From Eutreptiella sp. 'Long Island Sound 2002' (Eukaryota; Protista; Euglenida): DNA of 64,000 bases. Both the position numbers and the translations under genes were made by a program. Below are positions 49,554 through 63,323 of the stretch, one piece after another. The stretch is from the NCBI GenBank assembly GCA_964036045.1, contig OZ038378.1, positions 24,056,001 through 24,120,000 on the forward strand. The letters run 5' to 3'. Position 1 is the first letter of the stretch; each line of letters begins with the position of its first letter. Below the pieces are notes generated by a model. That model saw nothing but the letters and a program-made list of their open reading frames with translations. It did not search any database and had not been told where the DNA came from.

Positions 49554-50551
49554 ATGGAGGCGGTGGTCGGTGACTTTAACAACAAGGCGGGCTTGGTGAA
49601 GGCGCTTGGGTTTTATTGGGGGCGCAAGCGGCTGAGACCAGAATTTGAGAAAAAGATCTTCGTGATGGATGAGCCCCTGGTTGATATTGAGGAGTCCGAG
49701 ACGGATAAGCACTACATTACGGAATTGGAGGCAAAACTGGCTGATGCGGTTCTAGAAATGGAGAAGGCCAAGGCACAGCTCGTGCCGGCACTTGCGACAA
49801 CAGAGCTAGAGAAATTATACCCTACCCCTTTTGAAATCTCCCCCCCCTTGCAATCTCCCCCCCCGCTAGGGGGGAGACCTTGACTTCACTATTTTGCTAG
49901 GCAATATCTATTGCAGTGGGCTGCAGTTCTGCCACATTTGGTACATACGCCCTGGTGGGGTCAATCCAGTGGATCATAAGAGTGCCCAACTCTTAAGGCT
50001 CGAGGCTGTGGTGGATGCATCACCCAAGTCCCCAAAGTCGCCGGAGTCCCCCATGGCTTTGCAACCCCAAACACCGGCACACCCCACACAGCCCACTGTG
50101 GTGACCAGTGTGAAGCAGAAGCGGTGGGTACCACGGTTTGCCTTGGAATACCCTTGCAACCCCCCCCCCCCCCCCCTAGCGGGGAGACCGCCACGTGCTA
50201 GGGTGGGAGATTTCAAGGGCGGGGAGGGTAATGACACGTGCGCTTCCCAATCAGTGGATGGTGATCCTGGAATCTGCAATGGCAGAATTGAAGGACAGGC
50301 CCTTGAATGCAGAGAATTGGCACAGGGACAAATCGTTTTGGCAGTTTGGAAAGTCCTACACGATGAGGTATGTGCCAAGAGGCAAAGCAACTCCACGGTG
50401 TAGCAACAGCAGGCGGCACCGCCACAAATGCCGAATCAGGTGGTTGAGCAGCCTTTGAGATGCGTTGGCGACCAAGCTAGGAAAGTATTTTCGCTGTGGC
50501 CAAGAGGGCCACTAGGCGGCTGATTGTCCCAAGAAGGGAGGCAATGGAGGA
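49554..50551 (+). pseudogene. Decayed gag-like region ending in a CCHC zinc knuckle
   Basis: Frame of ORF 50195 continues KYFRCGQEGH*AADCPKK (50483-50536), i.e. Cx2Cx4Hx4C with C>Y and a stop. Confidence 0.6.
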
Positions 50552-51340
50552 GTCTGGTAAGTTGGTGAACACAAGGTATGGGTCTCGGCGAAAGGAGTGG
50601 CATGGGGCATGAGCAAACTGCCACATGGAGACATATTCCATTGCCATCCGTCAAGCCCTATACGACCGACCTTTAGAAGAACCACGACTGTGGGCGGTGG
50701 AGCGACGCCTTCACGTGCTGGCAGCCAGGGACAAAAGTGGGTGGAGTGCCAAGGTGCTGGTGTTGGGAATCCGACTCCTGGACAAACTGCACATCATCAG
50801 GCCCATCATCCAAGACATACACTACATGCAAACCAGTGTGGTTGCTAAGAGATGGGCGAGAAGGGCGCAGCCAAAGCTATTGGGGACGTGGGATCATATT
50901 AGAGCCATCACCACCAGCAGAGGGCATGGGGCATGGGGCCAATTAGTATTCTTGGCAGTCTGTAGCATTGTTTTTCTCTGGAGAGTGGGTGATGTAGCCA
51001 GTGCCACGTGGGAGTGGATCTGAGTGCTTGGATTCGCCGCCTTCCGGGATGAAAAGCGAAATAAGAAGGTCATAGTGTATCTGCTATCGGAGGAGCATGG
51101 ACCCTGATCCCCGAGGAATGAAAGAGAAGAACCCACTTGAGTGTTGTGCATGCTTTGTGTTGAAGGGACACTGCCTAGACTAGCGGGTTTACCTCTAGCC
51201 GTGCCGGCCCGGAACCACACATTCTAGCTTCAACATTGTCAACATGTACGGGCACCAGATCACATGAGCCGCCAAGATCTGTATACAGTTCTCGTACAAG
51301 TGGTGTGGGTGGTGAAACAACGTGCAATGGAGAGTGCCGC
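50544..51340 (+). pseudogene. Second decayed tyrosine recombinase, directly after gag
   Basis: LVFLAVCSIVFLWRVGDVAS (R motif) and FRDEK; the N-terminal part aligns by eye with the YR at 23920-24700. The C-terminal HxxR/Y motifs are degraded. Confidence 0.55.
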
Positions 51341-54267
51341 AGTGCGACACAGGGGCTTGCATTTGATTGAGAGGTGTAGCTCACAGTCCCCACTGCAGAA
51401 GGGTGGCGAGTCATCCGTGGTTCAGCATGGGTAGACGGGGAGATGTTTTACATTTGCTTTCAGGGACAACGGCAGATGTGCAGTGGTTGCGGCCAGAAAT
51501 TTTACACTAGACAAAGCCGAGAACAAGTGATGCAGCCCATGTGTATGCACACTCTTGAGTGTGGAACCAAGGGAGCACACATATATGTAATATGCTTCAA
51601 TTGTGCTCGGACACAGTGCCCATGGCGTTGATTGTACGATATGAGGTGAGGTGAAGGGCTATGGCCGATGGATGAAGTTTGATACTACACATACAATGAT
51701 TTGTAGTTCCATGAATGCTCACAAATAGAACCGATTTGCAATTGTTGTGATTCCCGGGTGGCAGCCATCGCCAGATATGGCCATGTGCGGAGCACAATGC
51801 AATGGAAAGGGACTCAAATCCTAGGTGTGCCACTGTGTGCCCTACCAATGTGTGTGTGTGTGTGTGTGTGTCAGCGTTGTTGAATGGGGTGCGGGTATGA
51901 GGACCTGTTCCATTGCTTGTGTGACTATAGACTAGAATAGTATGTGCTGGCTGTGCTAGCTCGTGCAAATGCTAATGAGTAGATTAGGGTTAGGTACCTC
52001 TGCCCACAATCGGTGTTTGCTCATTTGGCTACGGACTTGTGTAGTATGCGACCAATTGTGTTAGTCTGTGAATGTAGGAATATGACTAACACACACCACC
52101 ATATGACAACAGGATCTGACTCGCCTTGGGCTTTCAACCAGGGTTGTGGTGGCTGCTGCTACAAAAACGGGACAGTCTATGACCAAGTCTTGCCCCCTGT
52201 GGTGTCCCTCCTTGACCTGTGTGAAGCTCCAAGTCACAAGGTGGAGACTGTACAGTGTTGTGGACCTAGTGTCCAAGTGCGCTTTGTGAACGTGGCTCTT
52301 TCTCTTTCCGAATGCCAAGAAATAAAAGTAACCTCAAAGCCTTTGGGCGGCATCATGAAAAGGTGGTGATTGTAAGCGGAGAGGGCCAAAGTCGAGGCGC
52401 CGTGCACATGGTGCGGTGTGCACATAGTATGTCAATGAGAACACGGCTTGACCCTCCCCTGTGCCGTGTCTATGGCCAGCTACCTAGTGAGCACATGTTA
52501 ACATCTCCTATCCAGACCACATCATGGCATCTTGTGATTGAAGAGTTGGTGCTTTGTTGCTTTCTGAGTTAGTAATTGAATGAATGCACATCACATGAGT
52601 GTGTTGCATAGGTAACAGCAAAGGGCAAGGCTTGAGGTACGACACAAGGGTCACATGTGCTAACACGACCTTTTGTCACTCCTCATTCTTGAATGTTGCA
52701 TTTGTGAGCAGTTTGTTGCTTGGTGCTGTGCTTTTGTAGCCCACATGTCCACATGCTAACTGCCCAATATAGCATGTATTGACCCGTGGAGCTGCGCTAG
52801 CCGCCAAGGGGGGTTCACAGAGGCGGGTTGGCTGGTTGCGCCACCTGGCCACGGCGAGCTGTGGCTACAGCCACCAAACTTAGTAGCATAGTGTAGTTAG
52901 GCCTAGGACTCTACCTCGCTCTGGGCATCGAGTGATTGGAAACATTTCCTCACCTTGCACCTGCCCTTGACATGTCTCTAAGTCACACGAACCTCATGCA
53001 TGGGGATGTGGTTGTTGGACATTGTTGTGCTCGTGTGGGAATTAGGACTGTGTTGTCTAGGCTCAAAGGCCTCCAATTGGTGGAAATGGAGCACTCGGCT
53101 AGGCACTTGCTCCCACGAAGGCCACTATGGCAAGGCGCGCATTTTCAAGGTGTGCCAGCTTGCCATGTGGAGGGGGGTGGGGGGGCTGCAAAGGCTGCCA
53201 ACGGCAGTTGGCCATAGCTTGGTGCAACCGCATCCAATTACAAGGACGTGGCACCACCGCCACAACAATAATGGGGAGCTACATACAAATGCACACACAT
53301 GTCCAGTGTTTTTCAACACGAGACCATGCACTACTTGACCTATAGTCTCCAATTGTGTGTGGCATGGGGGGGGGGGAAGGGAACCGTCATGTTCTGTTTA
53401 GCAAATTTACTCAGCATGTTGGGTATTGAGCTTCTTCTGTGCAATGCCTCAACGACAGGGGCAAGCCACTCCAAAAAAAAATCCCTACATGCTGCCCAAA
53501 GTGCTGATTTATTTTTGCCTTATCACACCCTTATGCAAACAGTGCCATTGGGCGGGCCGATGTACTTGGGAAACTCAATGTGCTCCAAACTTCTTGCCTT
53601 GGATGCAAGAAATCTGAACTGTACAACAATGCACCACCAATACCACCTTGTCCAGCCAGCAAACACAGGACAAGGTTTCCAGCCCTCCTTGCCATTTGAT
53701 CGTGAAGTGGATTAGGGACACAAGAGTGCAGCCCAACCTGCTACCTAGGTGGCAGCCAAGCTTGCAGCCAAGCTTGCAGCTGGAGAGCCCATTTCTGTGG
53801 CCCCTGTTGAGCATAGCTTGTCTCTCAGTAGATCTGAACATGCATCTCAACAAGCAGTTTTCGGCTCATTTTGTGGTTCATATGCCCTCGTGTTTGCATG
53901 TCTTGTTTCGTGTCGCGGGTCCATTGCATAGTAACCGGGGGGAGCGAGGGAACTGTCACTTGGGGTATGTTCCTTCGGGGGTGCGAGGATACCGTCACGC
54001 ACAGGTGGTTACTATACAGGGGGGGGGGGGGTTAGTGTGGCCCCAACATACTTTGTGTCCCTTGTTGCTGTACTTGTGGGGATTTGGGCTATGGTAAGGC
54101 ACACCTGAAGAGGATACGGGGTTTGGCGCTGCAAGTAAGACAGAGTGGTGAACGAAACCTTATGCACACACATGGTAAGTGTGTTACATGACCCTTATCC
54201 AGAACACAATGAGTAACACGATGGGACAGCTTTCATGTCTCTTGTATGCTTCTACAGATCCTCATCA

Positions 54268-55227
54268 ATGCGTACCACAACAAAGCCGTCCAAGACCCAA
54301 CACAGTGGCTGGCTCGCTTGGTATGAAGGCAATTTGAAGGGCCGGCCCCTTACGACCAAGGGCATAAGCAGTGCCATCTGTCTGGCCTTGGGCAACATCA
54401 TTGCACAAATGGCGGCTGAGGTTTTCGATCTTGGGACGATACTATTTATGTACGTTTGGGGTCTTGTGATTGTGGGCCCTTTGGGGCACTGGTGGTACGC
54501 GTGGTTGGACCGAGTTGTCAGGAGCAAGGGGCCTAGTAGTACTGTGATGAAGATCTTGCTCGATCAAGTTGGTGTGCTGTGCTGTGTTAGAATGCAATCT
54601 GATGCTGAGAGATATTCGTATGCAATGACGAGATGGTGCCTGATATGCGATGTTGTGTTGCTAAGGCATACAATGTGAAATAGTAGCATGCAATGTCGCC
54701 GTTGTTCAACCATGTGTGCCTGAGATAGGTGGTGCTGTGACACAATGGTATATGGTGTTCTGCCACAGTGGTATGCGATGCTGAGAGACTGTAGTATGGT
54801 GTGTGGTAGTGACATGCAATGTTGTGGCAGCTGTATGTGGTGCCATGTGACCTGGGTTTACGATGTTGTGGGGCCGTGGTGTGCGGTGCCGTGTCGCAGT
54901 CACACGCAGTGCTATGTGAAAGTGGTATGCGTTGCTGTGTGACAATGATGTGCGGTTGTATCTGGCACTGGTCGTCTTGTTTCGGCAGTCTATACTCCGC
55001 CCACAATGCTGCTACTGCTTGTGTGCAAACAAACGGCAGCCGGGGTCCCCTTCAGCAGCGCCTTCGACACTGCGGTCAGCCAAGCCTGGCCCCTGCTCAA
55101 GACCAACTGGGTCGTGTGGCCGCTGGTACACTTGGTGACGTTCAATGCGGTGCCTGTGGATTACCGTGTGCCATGGCTCAGTGTTTGTGGTGTGTTTTGG
55201 GCAGTGATCATCTCCATAATGTCATAG
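54268..55227 (+). CDS. Mpv17/PMP22 family membrane protein (~180 aa), 2 exons
   Basis: Exons 54268-54571 and 54989-55227, GT-AG intron 54572-54988, joining as KILLDQVVYTPP. Family motifs: WYEGNLKGRPLTTKGISS, GPLGHWWYAWLD, LKTNWVVWPLVHLVTFNAVPVDYRV. Confidence 0.92.
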
Positions 55228-55769
55228 GTGCTGTTGCACACTCTGCGCTTTGGCATCACTACCTGATCGTCTTGCAGCTGCACTGCGCAGGGTGCGGTAG
55301 TGGTTGCGCTGACAGCCAACTGGCATATTTTCGTACTCCCCCCGGTAAAGAAGCAGAGGGAGGAAGGGGGGAAGGTGGAGCATAAAGGGGTTGCAGTCCT
55401 GATTGCTCGGCACGAGCTCATCTGAAGGGCTCTCGGGCAGTAATGAAGGTGTCACCTTGTTTTATGTGTGACCACTTGTAAATGAGGGTGTGGGCTCATG
55501 ACTGAATTTAAGGTTCCGGCAGTTGCTTTGTTGAAGGACAGGCAGGTGCTGTGCATACCCATGCTGCGGTGTGTGGCAGACGTTTGTGAAGCGTGTTTTG
55601 CGTCGTTCTATTGCTTTCTGATTTAATGCCGCTAGTCATAAGCGTCGCAGCACATTGACTGTGAGGAAACGTGTGTGTGTGTCGGGGGGGGGGGAGGGCA
55701 TAGAGTAGCACATTAAGGTAAAGCACAAAGAGCAGGGGGGAGAGAGGGCATCCCTGCCGTAGGCCTCTG

Positions 55770-56400
55770 GTTTGGAGGCGGGAGGTGTAGGTATGGCCTT
55801 CAACCAGGGGGAGTCCTCGGGCTGTCTGTAGTGGGCTCGTAAAAGGCTAATGGCGCGGGGGGGATGTCCATGTGTTGCAATACTAGCCACATGGTGGGTT
55901 GTGGTACACTATTAAAGGCTTTATTGAAATCTATGTAAAGACTGTATGATTGAGGGATGTTTTGGAATTTTGCTATTGGTTGATAGATGTGATCTGCCGT
56001 GCGCCGGTTCTGCAGCCCTCCAATCTGGGAGGGGTGAATGAGACCATTCTCCCTGGCTATTCGTGCCTGTGTGTGTGTCCTGCTGTTTGAAATGTCTGAA
56101 AATGTCCATGTGCAAGCATGTGGCGTCGTGTGGTCACACACTCATTGTATACCCATGGGGGGCAGTCTTTCTTCACAGAGCGTAGATCTCCATAGCTGCT
56201 GGGCCATTTATGAAAGCCGCCGCCTGCTGCATTCCCTGGGCGACCTGAACTTCACTGTCTGTGGTTTTCCCTACTGGGTCAATGACCTTGGAATTGTCAG
56301 TTTGTGCTAGTTCGGGGACAATATTTTGATCGCCTCTTCCTACCCTGACAGTGCACACACACAGTTGGTCCACAGGGTTTGCACCATACTGGGGAAGGCA
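55770..56400 (-). pseudogene. LINE reverse-transcriptase fragment (motifs 1-3)
   Basis: LIHPSQIGGLQNRRTADHI..SLYIDFNKAFNSVP. Confidence 0.85.
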
Positions 56401-57288
56401 TGGAATCTCCGGGTTCTCTATGAGCTCTCCAGAAACCCGCGCGACTTGCCCCTTGGGTGAGTTTGGGGGCTGGAATGGGTAGAAGCCCCATGGACTATTG
56501 CTCCTTAATATGATTTCCTTCCTCCGGGTTCTCTATGAATGCCAGTCGACGTACGTGCGGTACTAGGGCACGTGCCATACCACAAATGTCACGGCAATGG
56601 GTTTCTGCATGGTACATGGCTCTGACGGTATAAGATTAGTGTATGTCCATCCAAATGTGCTGTCCCCAACCTGGAGTCTCAAGCAAGGAGCACCGTTGAA
56701 GTCGCCGAACGTGCAGCATGCAGGGTATGTTACTGGCTTTGGCAGCCAGTGTGCCCTGGTGCACAACATGGGCTGCACAACTCCTGAGTGTCAGTGCATG
56801 GTGCCAGGTTGCTTTACTAGTGCCTGGTGCCAGGTTGCAGTACTGTTTGGGTATGAACACAAGAGGCACGGTGGGCACACAGTGCCATACAACGAGCATA
56901 CGCCATCGCCCCCCATGCTTCCGAAAAAATGACTGGTTTCATTCACCAGCAAATAGAAAATTTCCCTCGCCAGCGCTGTTGCCACGTGGTAGTTGTCCTA
57001 CGGTGGCTTAGCAAGCACGCTTTTTGGAGAGGGCATAGGTATTCAGCCTAGCACCTACCCGACTGCCTGTCCCCCAATGGAATTAATGGTGCTTGGTGTG
57101 AGGATCGCCGTGCTCTAGTCCATCTCTGGTCCATATCCGTGAATGAATGTCCCCTATGCTGCATGCCCCCTTTCATGGCTGTGTGTGTAGCCCCCTGGTT
57201 ACAGGTGGCCTTCTGGTAAGTAGCAAGTAACGTATGCGCCGAGACTAATCCACTAATTCGCTCCTCCTCCCTTTGTGCATGGGTTACA

Positions 57289-57604
57289 GGGGGCGCACAG
57301 TGCACTGTGCCCGCGTTGTGCGAAAAGTCGGCTGTTTTCCACCACCGGTAGCCATGGGTCCTGTGGTCCTGAATTCTGCACCCTACAGCCCCTGGTGGTA
57401 CACCAGGGATTTTTTGTTTTTAAGTCTAATGCTTGCCACAGCTCCCAGGGTCCTGAATTCTGCACCCCATGCTGTCTTGGATTTATCATGCATGCTTCTG
57501 TAGGTGGGTGGTTTTCACAGGTGTTCCCGGGATGCACAACGTAATATTTGGCGCTGCGTGCGCGCTGTGCCCGTGCTGTGCCCGCGCAGTGTGAAAATGC
57601 CCCC
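57289..57604. mobile_element. MITE (316 bp) with 3-bp ACA TSD
   Basis: GGGGGC...GCCCCC ends; ACA at 57286-57288 and 57605-57607; interior homologous to 61451-61744. Confidence 0.65.
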
Positions 57605-59230
57605 ACAGCCCATAGGTCCAGGGAGTATTTGTCTTCGTCCTCAAGGGTGGACAGATGCTACACGCTCTGGACCACTCCATGGACACTGCCTGTCATCACA
57701 ATCTCTATGACTGTTCCCTGCAGAAAGGCGCCTAGCCACATGACAATGTCACCCTCATTGTTTTGATGGCCTGACGAGAAGCTGAGCTGCCCAGTGCCCT
57801 GTGCCTGCAGGGTTTTGCATTTGGGAGCGTCTTGCTTAGTGTGTGTGTGTGTGTTTGTATTTGAAGTGTGCATGCAATCAGCGCGGAAATGTGGCCAAAC
57901 GGGGTCATGCTGATGGATGTGCAGCGGCGCAGGTGGCCATGGTAGTTGGGCTGAGGGTTGCTGATGTGCACCCTGCAGCCCACCATTGAAGAATGGGGTA
58001 CATTCTGCAGCAACTTGGCGCAGCGGAGTCCGCAGTGAGCAGAACAGAGGAAGAGGGGGTTTGGGGATCTCTACTTCTCCCCTACCCCCCTCCCCACCAC
58101 CTTTTCCAAACAGTGGCTTGCCCCAATAGCACAGGTTTTTTTTGGTGCCATTTCCACAACTTTTTGGAACCATGGAATCGACGATCCTTTTTTTTTGTTC
58201 TGGCGGATATCAGGGTGTTTGGTGTTGTTTTACATGATTCAAATCCTCTCAGCCACCGCCACCGCTGCCATGCACACTCGTCAACCTTCACTGCTATCAA
58301 CATTGCACCTGCACAAAACACGATGAAAATCTACCCTGACATCGGACCCCATCCGGTCATATATAACGACAGACTTTTCCCTGCTACACAGCAAATTGAA
58401 CTGCTTGTGGCACCCAGTCCCCATTTCATATCCATACACTCCGCATTATTCTTAAAGGGACGAAGGACATGGGGCCCAGCAGTACCGAGGCAGATTTGCA
58501 GGTTGCTGATGCTGCTTGCTCTGCTCCACTGGCTGCCGTTTCGGGCCAGTTTCCCTCCCGACGACAACAGACCCTCGCGAACATTCCTATTTCTGCTTCA
58601 GGGCTGAAGGCAATCACGCTACTGCTCGTGTGCTCTTCAGTGCGCAATGCTGCTTCGCAATTTTCGGTCCTTTGCTGCTGGTTGGACAAAGGGGGGGGGG
58701 GGGCTAAGGTCACAAAGAACTGATGTGTTCAGAGCATTTTGGTTGGCAGCGCCCAGTGCAGTTTTTAACGGTGCAACACAAACCACGGAGGGGTCCAGGA
58801 TAGCAGGTGCTCCCAAACTGTTCCTCAATCTGCTTTTAAAGCAGGCCTTCTGCTCTATGCCCGGCAGACAGCCTTTGGCCGTACTTGCGCACGACAGGGT
58901 TTTGCTGCAGGAGGGCTGGAGAGGGCAGCTGGTCTCAAACTCTGTCCTGCTTGCCCTACGCCGGGCCCCTCCCAGCTGCGTATGAAGCTCAGTTGGGGGC
59001 CAGGGGAATTCACATTGCAAGTCCACCGTTGCTGAAAAGAAAGCCATCCCTGTTCAAGATCCCAAATTGGAGGGTCCGCTGAAGATGAGCCAAGGTCGTG
59101 AGGTAGCAGCCGCATTTGATGTTACATGGGTGCAAGGACTGCATTGTAGCTGTGCTCTACCCCTTCATCAAAATCAGAACCTCAAAGAAGAGCTAGTGAT
59201 CTAAGTTACCTCAGCAGAGGCTCTTCTTGG

Positions 59231-59424
59231 TTGTGTGTGTGTGTGTGTGTGTGTGTCAGTGGTCTTCACAAATGAAACTCAGTTGTCTTATTGCCTCCCA
59301 GCCCCCCTTGGCAGACAAGAGGCGTTGGGGCGTGGCAGCATCAAGTATTCCACAGATCCCGCCTTGAGAGGCCCAATCCAAACCAGCCGTTGGTTTACCA
59401 AAAGGTTCCCAGAACTCTCTGTGT

Positions 59425-59462
<38 letters not shown>

Positions 59463-59496
59463 TCTCTCTTTCTCTCTTTCTCTCTCTCTTTCTCTC
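59231..59496. repeat. (GT)n and (CT)n microsatellites
   Basis: (GT)n at 59231-59256; (CT)n at 59425-59496. Confidence 0.95.
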
Positions 59497-61450
59497 GGGC
59501 CAAGTGGTCAGGCAGTTTGATCCAATTTGCACCACACTGCGTCTCTGCTTTGGCCACTCTTTCTGTGACAAATGTTGGCACCATGTTGTGGCCCCCGGCT
59601 CTGCTCGATCTGCGGATCCTGGTGTTGTCGTCGCTGTCTGACCTTACCCCTCTGCAAGTTCCGTATGCTCTCGTCTAGGCCAAGTATCTCCGCTTCTTTG
59701 TCCTCGTCTTCTGCTGCCTAGGCGGACAACAATAGTTGCAGTCCAACTGCAATTCTGGTTATTTTGGCTACAGAAAGTTGTCTGATCACACTTACCAATG
59801 AGAATGAGTGCTAGGCACGAAAACTGGATTGTAGGAAAACCCTATCGCCACCTGCCTTGTTTGTGTCCAATGACTGGCATGCACAAACACCACCCCCCAT
59901 CCCAGGCATTGATACAGGGTTGAAGGTGACGGATGCAGCGTAGCCCATGGATACCAATTATTTGTGGTGATACGATGTCCATCGATTGCATCACTATGGG
60001 GGCTGCCAAAATGATTGATCCACAAACGCCGCCGCAGATTTCATGGACAATTTTCTTGATGAGCAGACACTCTCGTGCACGTACCGTGCGCCTTTTTTAT
60101 TTGTATAATTTACCTGACACCATTGTTCTGCTTTGTTGTTGCCCCATGAGGTGCTGTGTTGCTGAGCTGGTAACCCATTTCACCCTTCATGCCCTGAGGA
60201 CTGCATTGTACATGCTTATCCCTGGTCTGTAGCTTAGCAACACAATGTCATTGTCTTGGGTTCGCACCGGTACCCCTGTCTTCTGCAACCGCAGCAGTGC
60301 AAATGAGCGGGTTCCTGTTACTATTCTGGGCCCCTCGCAACGCCCTGGTGATTACCTACGCATACAATATCAAGTGAAGGGCACATGGAGTCCAAATTAT
60401 GTCGGAAATCCCTATAAGGTGACATGGACTGTCGATTTTGCGGACAATATTTTATGGTGAGCATTGTTGCTCAGCTTCATGTACGAATGCAGATATTTAT
60501 ATGTTGTACATCAATCATTTTGCTGTGTACAATCCAGATAACATCCTGTTTCAATTCAGACTACAAGAGACCGATGAGATACCCATTTACCGGCTGTTTT
60601 CTTGGTGCCAATGTTGCTGTCCAGTGCCTTTCTGTGAGGGTCCGTTTGCGGGGTGTAATTGGCCAAAACGGTGTGCACCGTGCGCACACAGTGCACCCGC
60701 GCCCACTTTGTCCAAATGGTCAAGACCAAGACACTTGGGCAGACAAGGCGTTGCATGCCTGGGGTGACGGTTTGTGAACGAAACACAAATATTCCCCACT
60801 GGTTTATGCGCAGCTCACACTGAACTGACTCGATGCCCCTCTCACTTTGCTGTCAGCCATTTCGCAGGTTGATACCTGCAGCTATGCTTACTTTTACACG
60901 ATCAGTTCGGGGCGCTTTTAGTACATTGGGCGTACAGTGCAATGATCTGGCTGCCTGGACAGACAAGCACCTGCACTTGCTGTGTCACCATGTACAACAC
61001 CCCATCGGATCGATCTGGATCCGCGCTCAGAATGACCTCTGTTCGAACCCAATTACTACCTCTCACCACTTGGACACAACCTCTCACCTGGACTGGACTG
61101 GTCCTTGGGGCTGACCCACGGGTCCATCCAAATGGGTTGGAGTAGGGTTGCCGGTTGGTACTTCTGGGTTAACGCTTTGGAGTGTTTTGTGGAGGTGTGT
61201 CCCTCAAAGGCGTGCCTCCAGTCTGTGTGTGGTTTGGGAGGAGGGGGGGTATCTGGAGGGCATCAATTGGTCAGGCATCTCGCAGAGACTAACAGCTTGC
61301 CTGCCTCTTGACCTTCATTGCCTTCTGTCGGAGTGCACAGATTGTCCGCAGTGTGACAATACCCCCTGGCCTGGCCGATTCCTTGCCCTCTACCCGCTCC
61401 CGCCTCCCTCTCATCCTTTTTCAACCCATTTCCCCCTGCACATACACTAT

Positions 61451-61744
61451 GGGGCGTACCGTGCGCTGTGCGCGCGCTGTGCGAAAAGTTGGCTGTTCTC
61501 CACCACTGGGAGTTCAGTAAGTTCAGAAGGTTGAAAGGACGTCATTGAATGGATGCTGCAGTGGACGGGGCTATAGGGGGCAGAATTTAGGTCCCTGGGA
61601 CCCATGGCAAGCATTAGATGTTTGAATTTTTGAGTTTTGAATTGATTGTGCATGATTCCGCAGGTGGGTGGTTTTCAGGGTTGTTACCTGGATAATCACC
61701 GTAATAATTGGCGCTGTGCCCGCGCTGTGCCCGCGCTGTGCCCC
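61451..61744. mobile_element. MITE (294 bp) with 3-bp TAT TSD
   Basis: GGGGC...GCCCC ends; TAT at 61448-61450 and 61745-61747; same family as 57289-57604. Confidence 0.7.
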
Positions 61745-62233
61745 TATGCACTGGGACCCTCTGGTCACTGCCCACACCGTTCATAAAAAGGGCTTAGGCT
61801 ACCAGCGGAGGGCTTTACAGTTCCATCACGAAGGCCGCTTCTTGGCAGCTGCTGGCACCCTGGGAACGGGGCGAGGGGCACAAGGTTGATCAATGACTCT
61901 CTGCCACACGACAGAACATGGAGCACACCGGGCAACAGCATAGGGGCAAGCGATCCTTCAAACAAGGGATCACGAACCTTGAAATAGGAGAAAAGATTGC
62001 ATCTGTGCCTGTGCGTCTATGTGTTGGTGGTGCAGGTATGCTTGTGTGTCTGTGCTGCTGTGTGGTTATGCAGCTGTGTGGTTTTGTTGTTTGTGTTTTT
62101 TTGTGGCCTTCTGTAGCCGTGTTCCTTTGTGAAGGCACGTGCGCCCACATGCTGGTCTGTGTGATGATGGTTTTGCATATGCTCAAAAAATTTCATTGGA
62201 TAGCACAACGAAAACGAATCACAATGAACAGGC

Positions 62234-62844
62234 ATGAGGCCGGGACTCCTAGATCAGGAAGATGATGAAAACGGGCGGTTGAGTAGGTTGCAAACACAAC
62301 AGGTCAGGCTGCTTAAGTACCGCTACCAACACTTCGCCCACTCCACCCCCGCACAGACCAGGGTGTTGGGGACGTGCCCCAAGGCTTTTACCTCACGGAG
62401 ATCGCTGGCATACGTTGTTACATGAATCAAAGTCGCAAACTAGGTACCGACTGGTACAGTGACGGGAGCAAGGCCACGGCCCAACGCGCAAGGGTAGTCA
62501 TCACCTGTGGGAACCTGAAAGTACTGGCCAGAGTGTTGGGTCCACAGTGCTCCTATCAAGCCGAACTGATTGGCGCGGTTCTAGTGGCGGTACTAGCTGA
62601 GGACGGTGATACTTTGGTTTGCGGAAATAAAGCCGCAGTTGACCATTCTATGCAGCCTCCCCGGCCTCTCAATGCTGACACTGATATGAGGCGTGCACTA
62701 TTGCGGGAGTTGGGCACCAAAGAGGTCCCCTTCAGGTGGGTTTCCAGCCATTGTGATGTGAAGGGTGCACGAGATGAACAGGACATGATGGACATCATTC
62801 GTAATGACAAAGTCGACAGATTGGGATCCCGTTTTGCTGGATGA
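62234..62844 (+). pseudogene. RNase H domain of a decayed non-LTR retroelement
   Basis: WYSDGS, SYQAELIG, (D>G)NKAAV, RWVSSH, NDKVDRL in canonical order. Confidence 0.8.
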
Positions 62845-63323
62845 CATTTTTATTGCCGGCGGCCCGACCCCCCGACTGGCCGAAAAATGGATTTTGAAGC
62901 TGCGTTTCGTGCCGGAATTTCAAGGGACCCACTAGACATTGTGGCTCCCTCTCAAGTGGGTACAGTGTGTGGCATGGGTAACGTGGTTATGGGGCAAATG
63001 CCAAGTGGGAAGGATGTGGTGCCCCCTGCCATAAACATCGGGCGGATTGCGCCGTGTGTGGTGAGTCCCATCAGACCACAGTGCGTCAATGGCTCATCTA
63101 GTGTGGCTCATGGGCAACACAACTCCGGGAAGCGTGGGTCTCTGGTAGCGAGCTGGGTCCCTGGTAGGAACATGCACGTCATTAGTGGGGCACGGCGTCC
63201 GCCGAAGATAAGCACCACACAGCCTACCTCCGCATACGTGTGAGCTTTCTTGAGTCCATTGAATGTTTCCCTTCAGTGCGTGAGCGGGTTGGCCACGACT
63301 AATATGCTATGTTGTTGAATGTA

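Noticed and set aside
51443-51631. RING-like zinc finger
   Set aside because: Cys/His spacing is incomplete, the ORF is short and isolated, and there is no supporting context.
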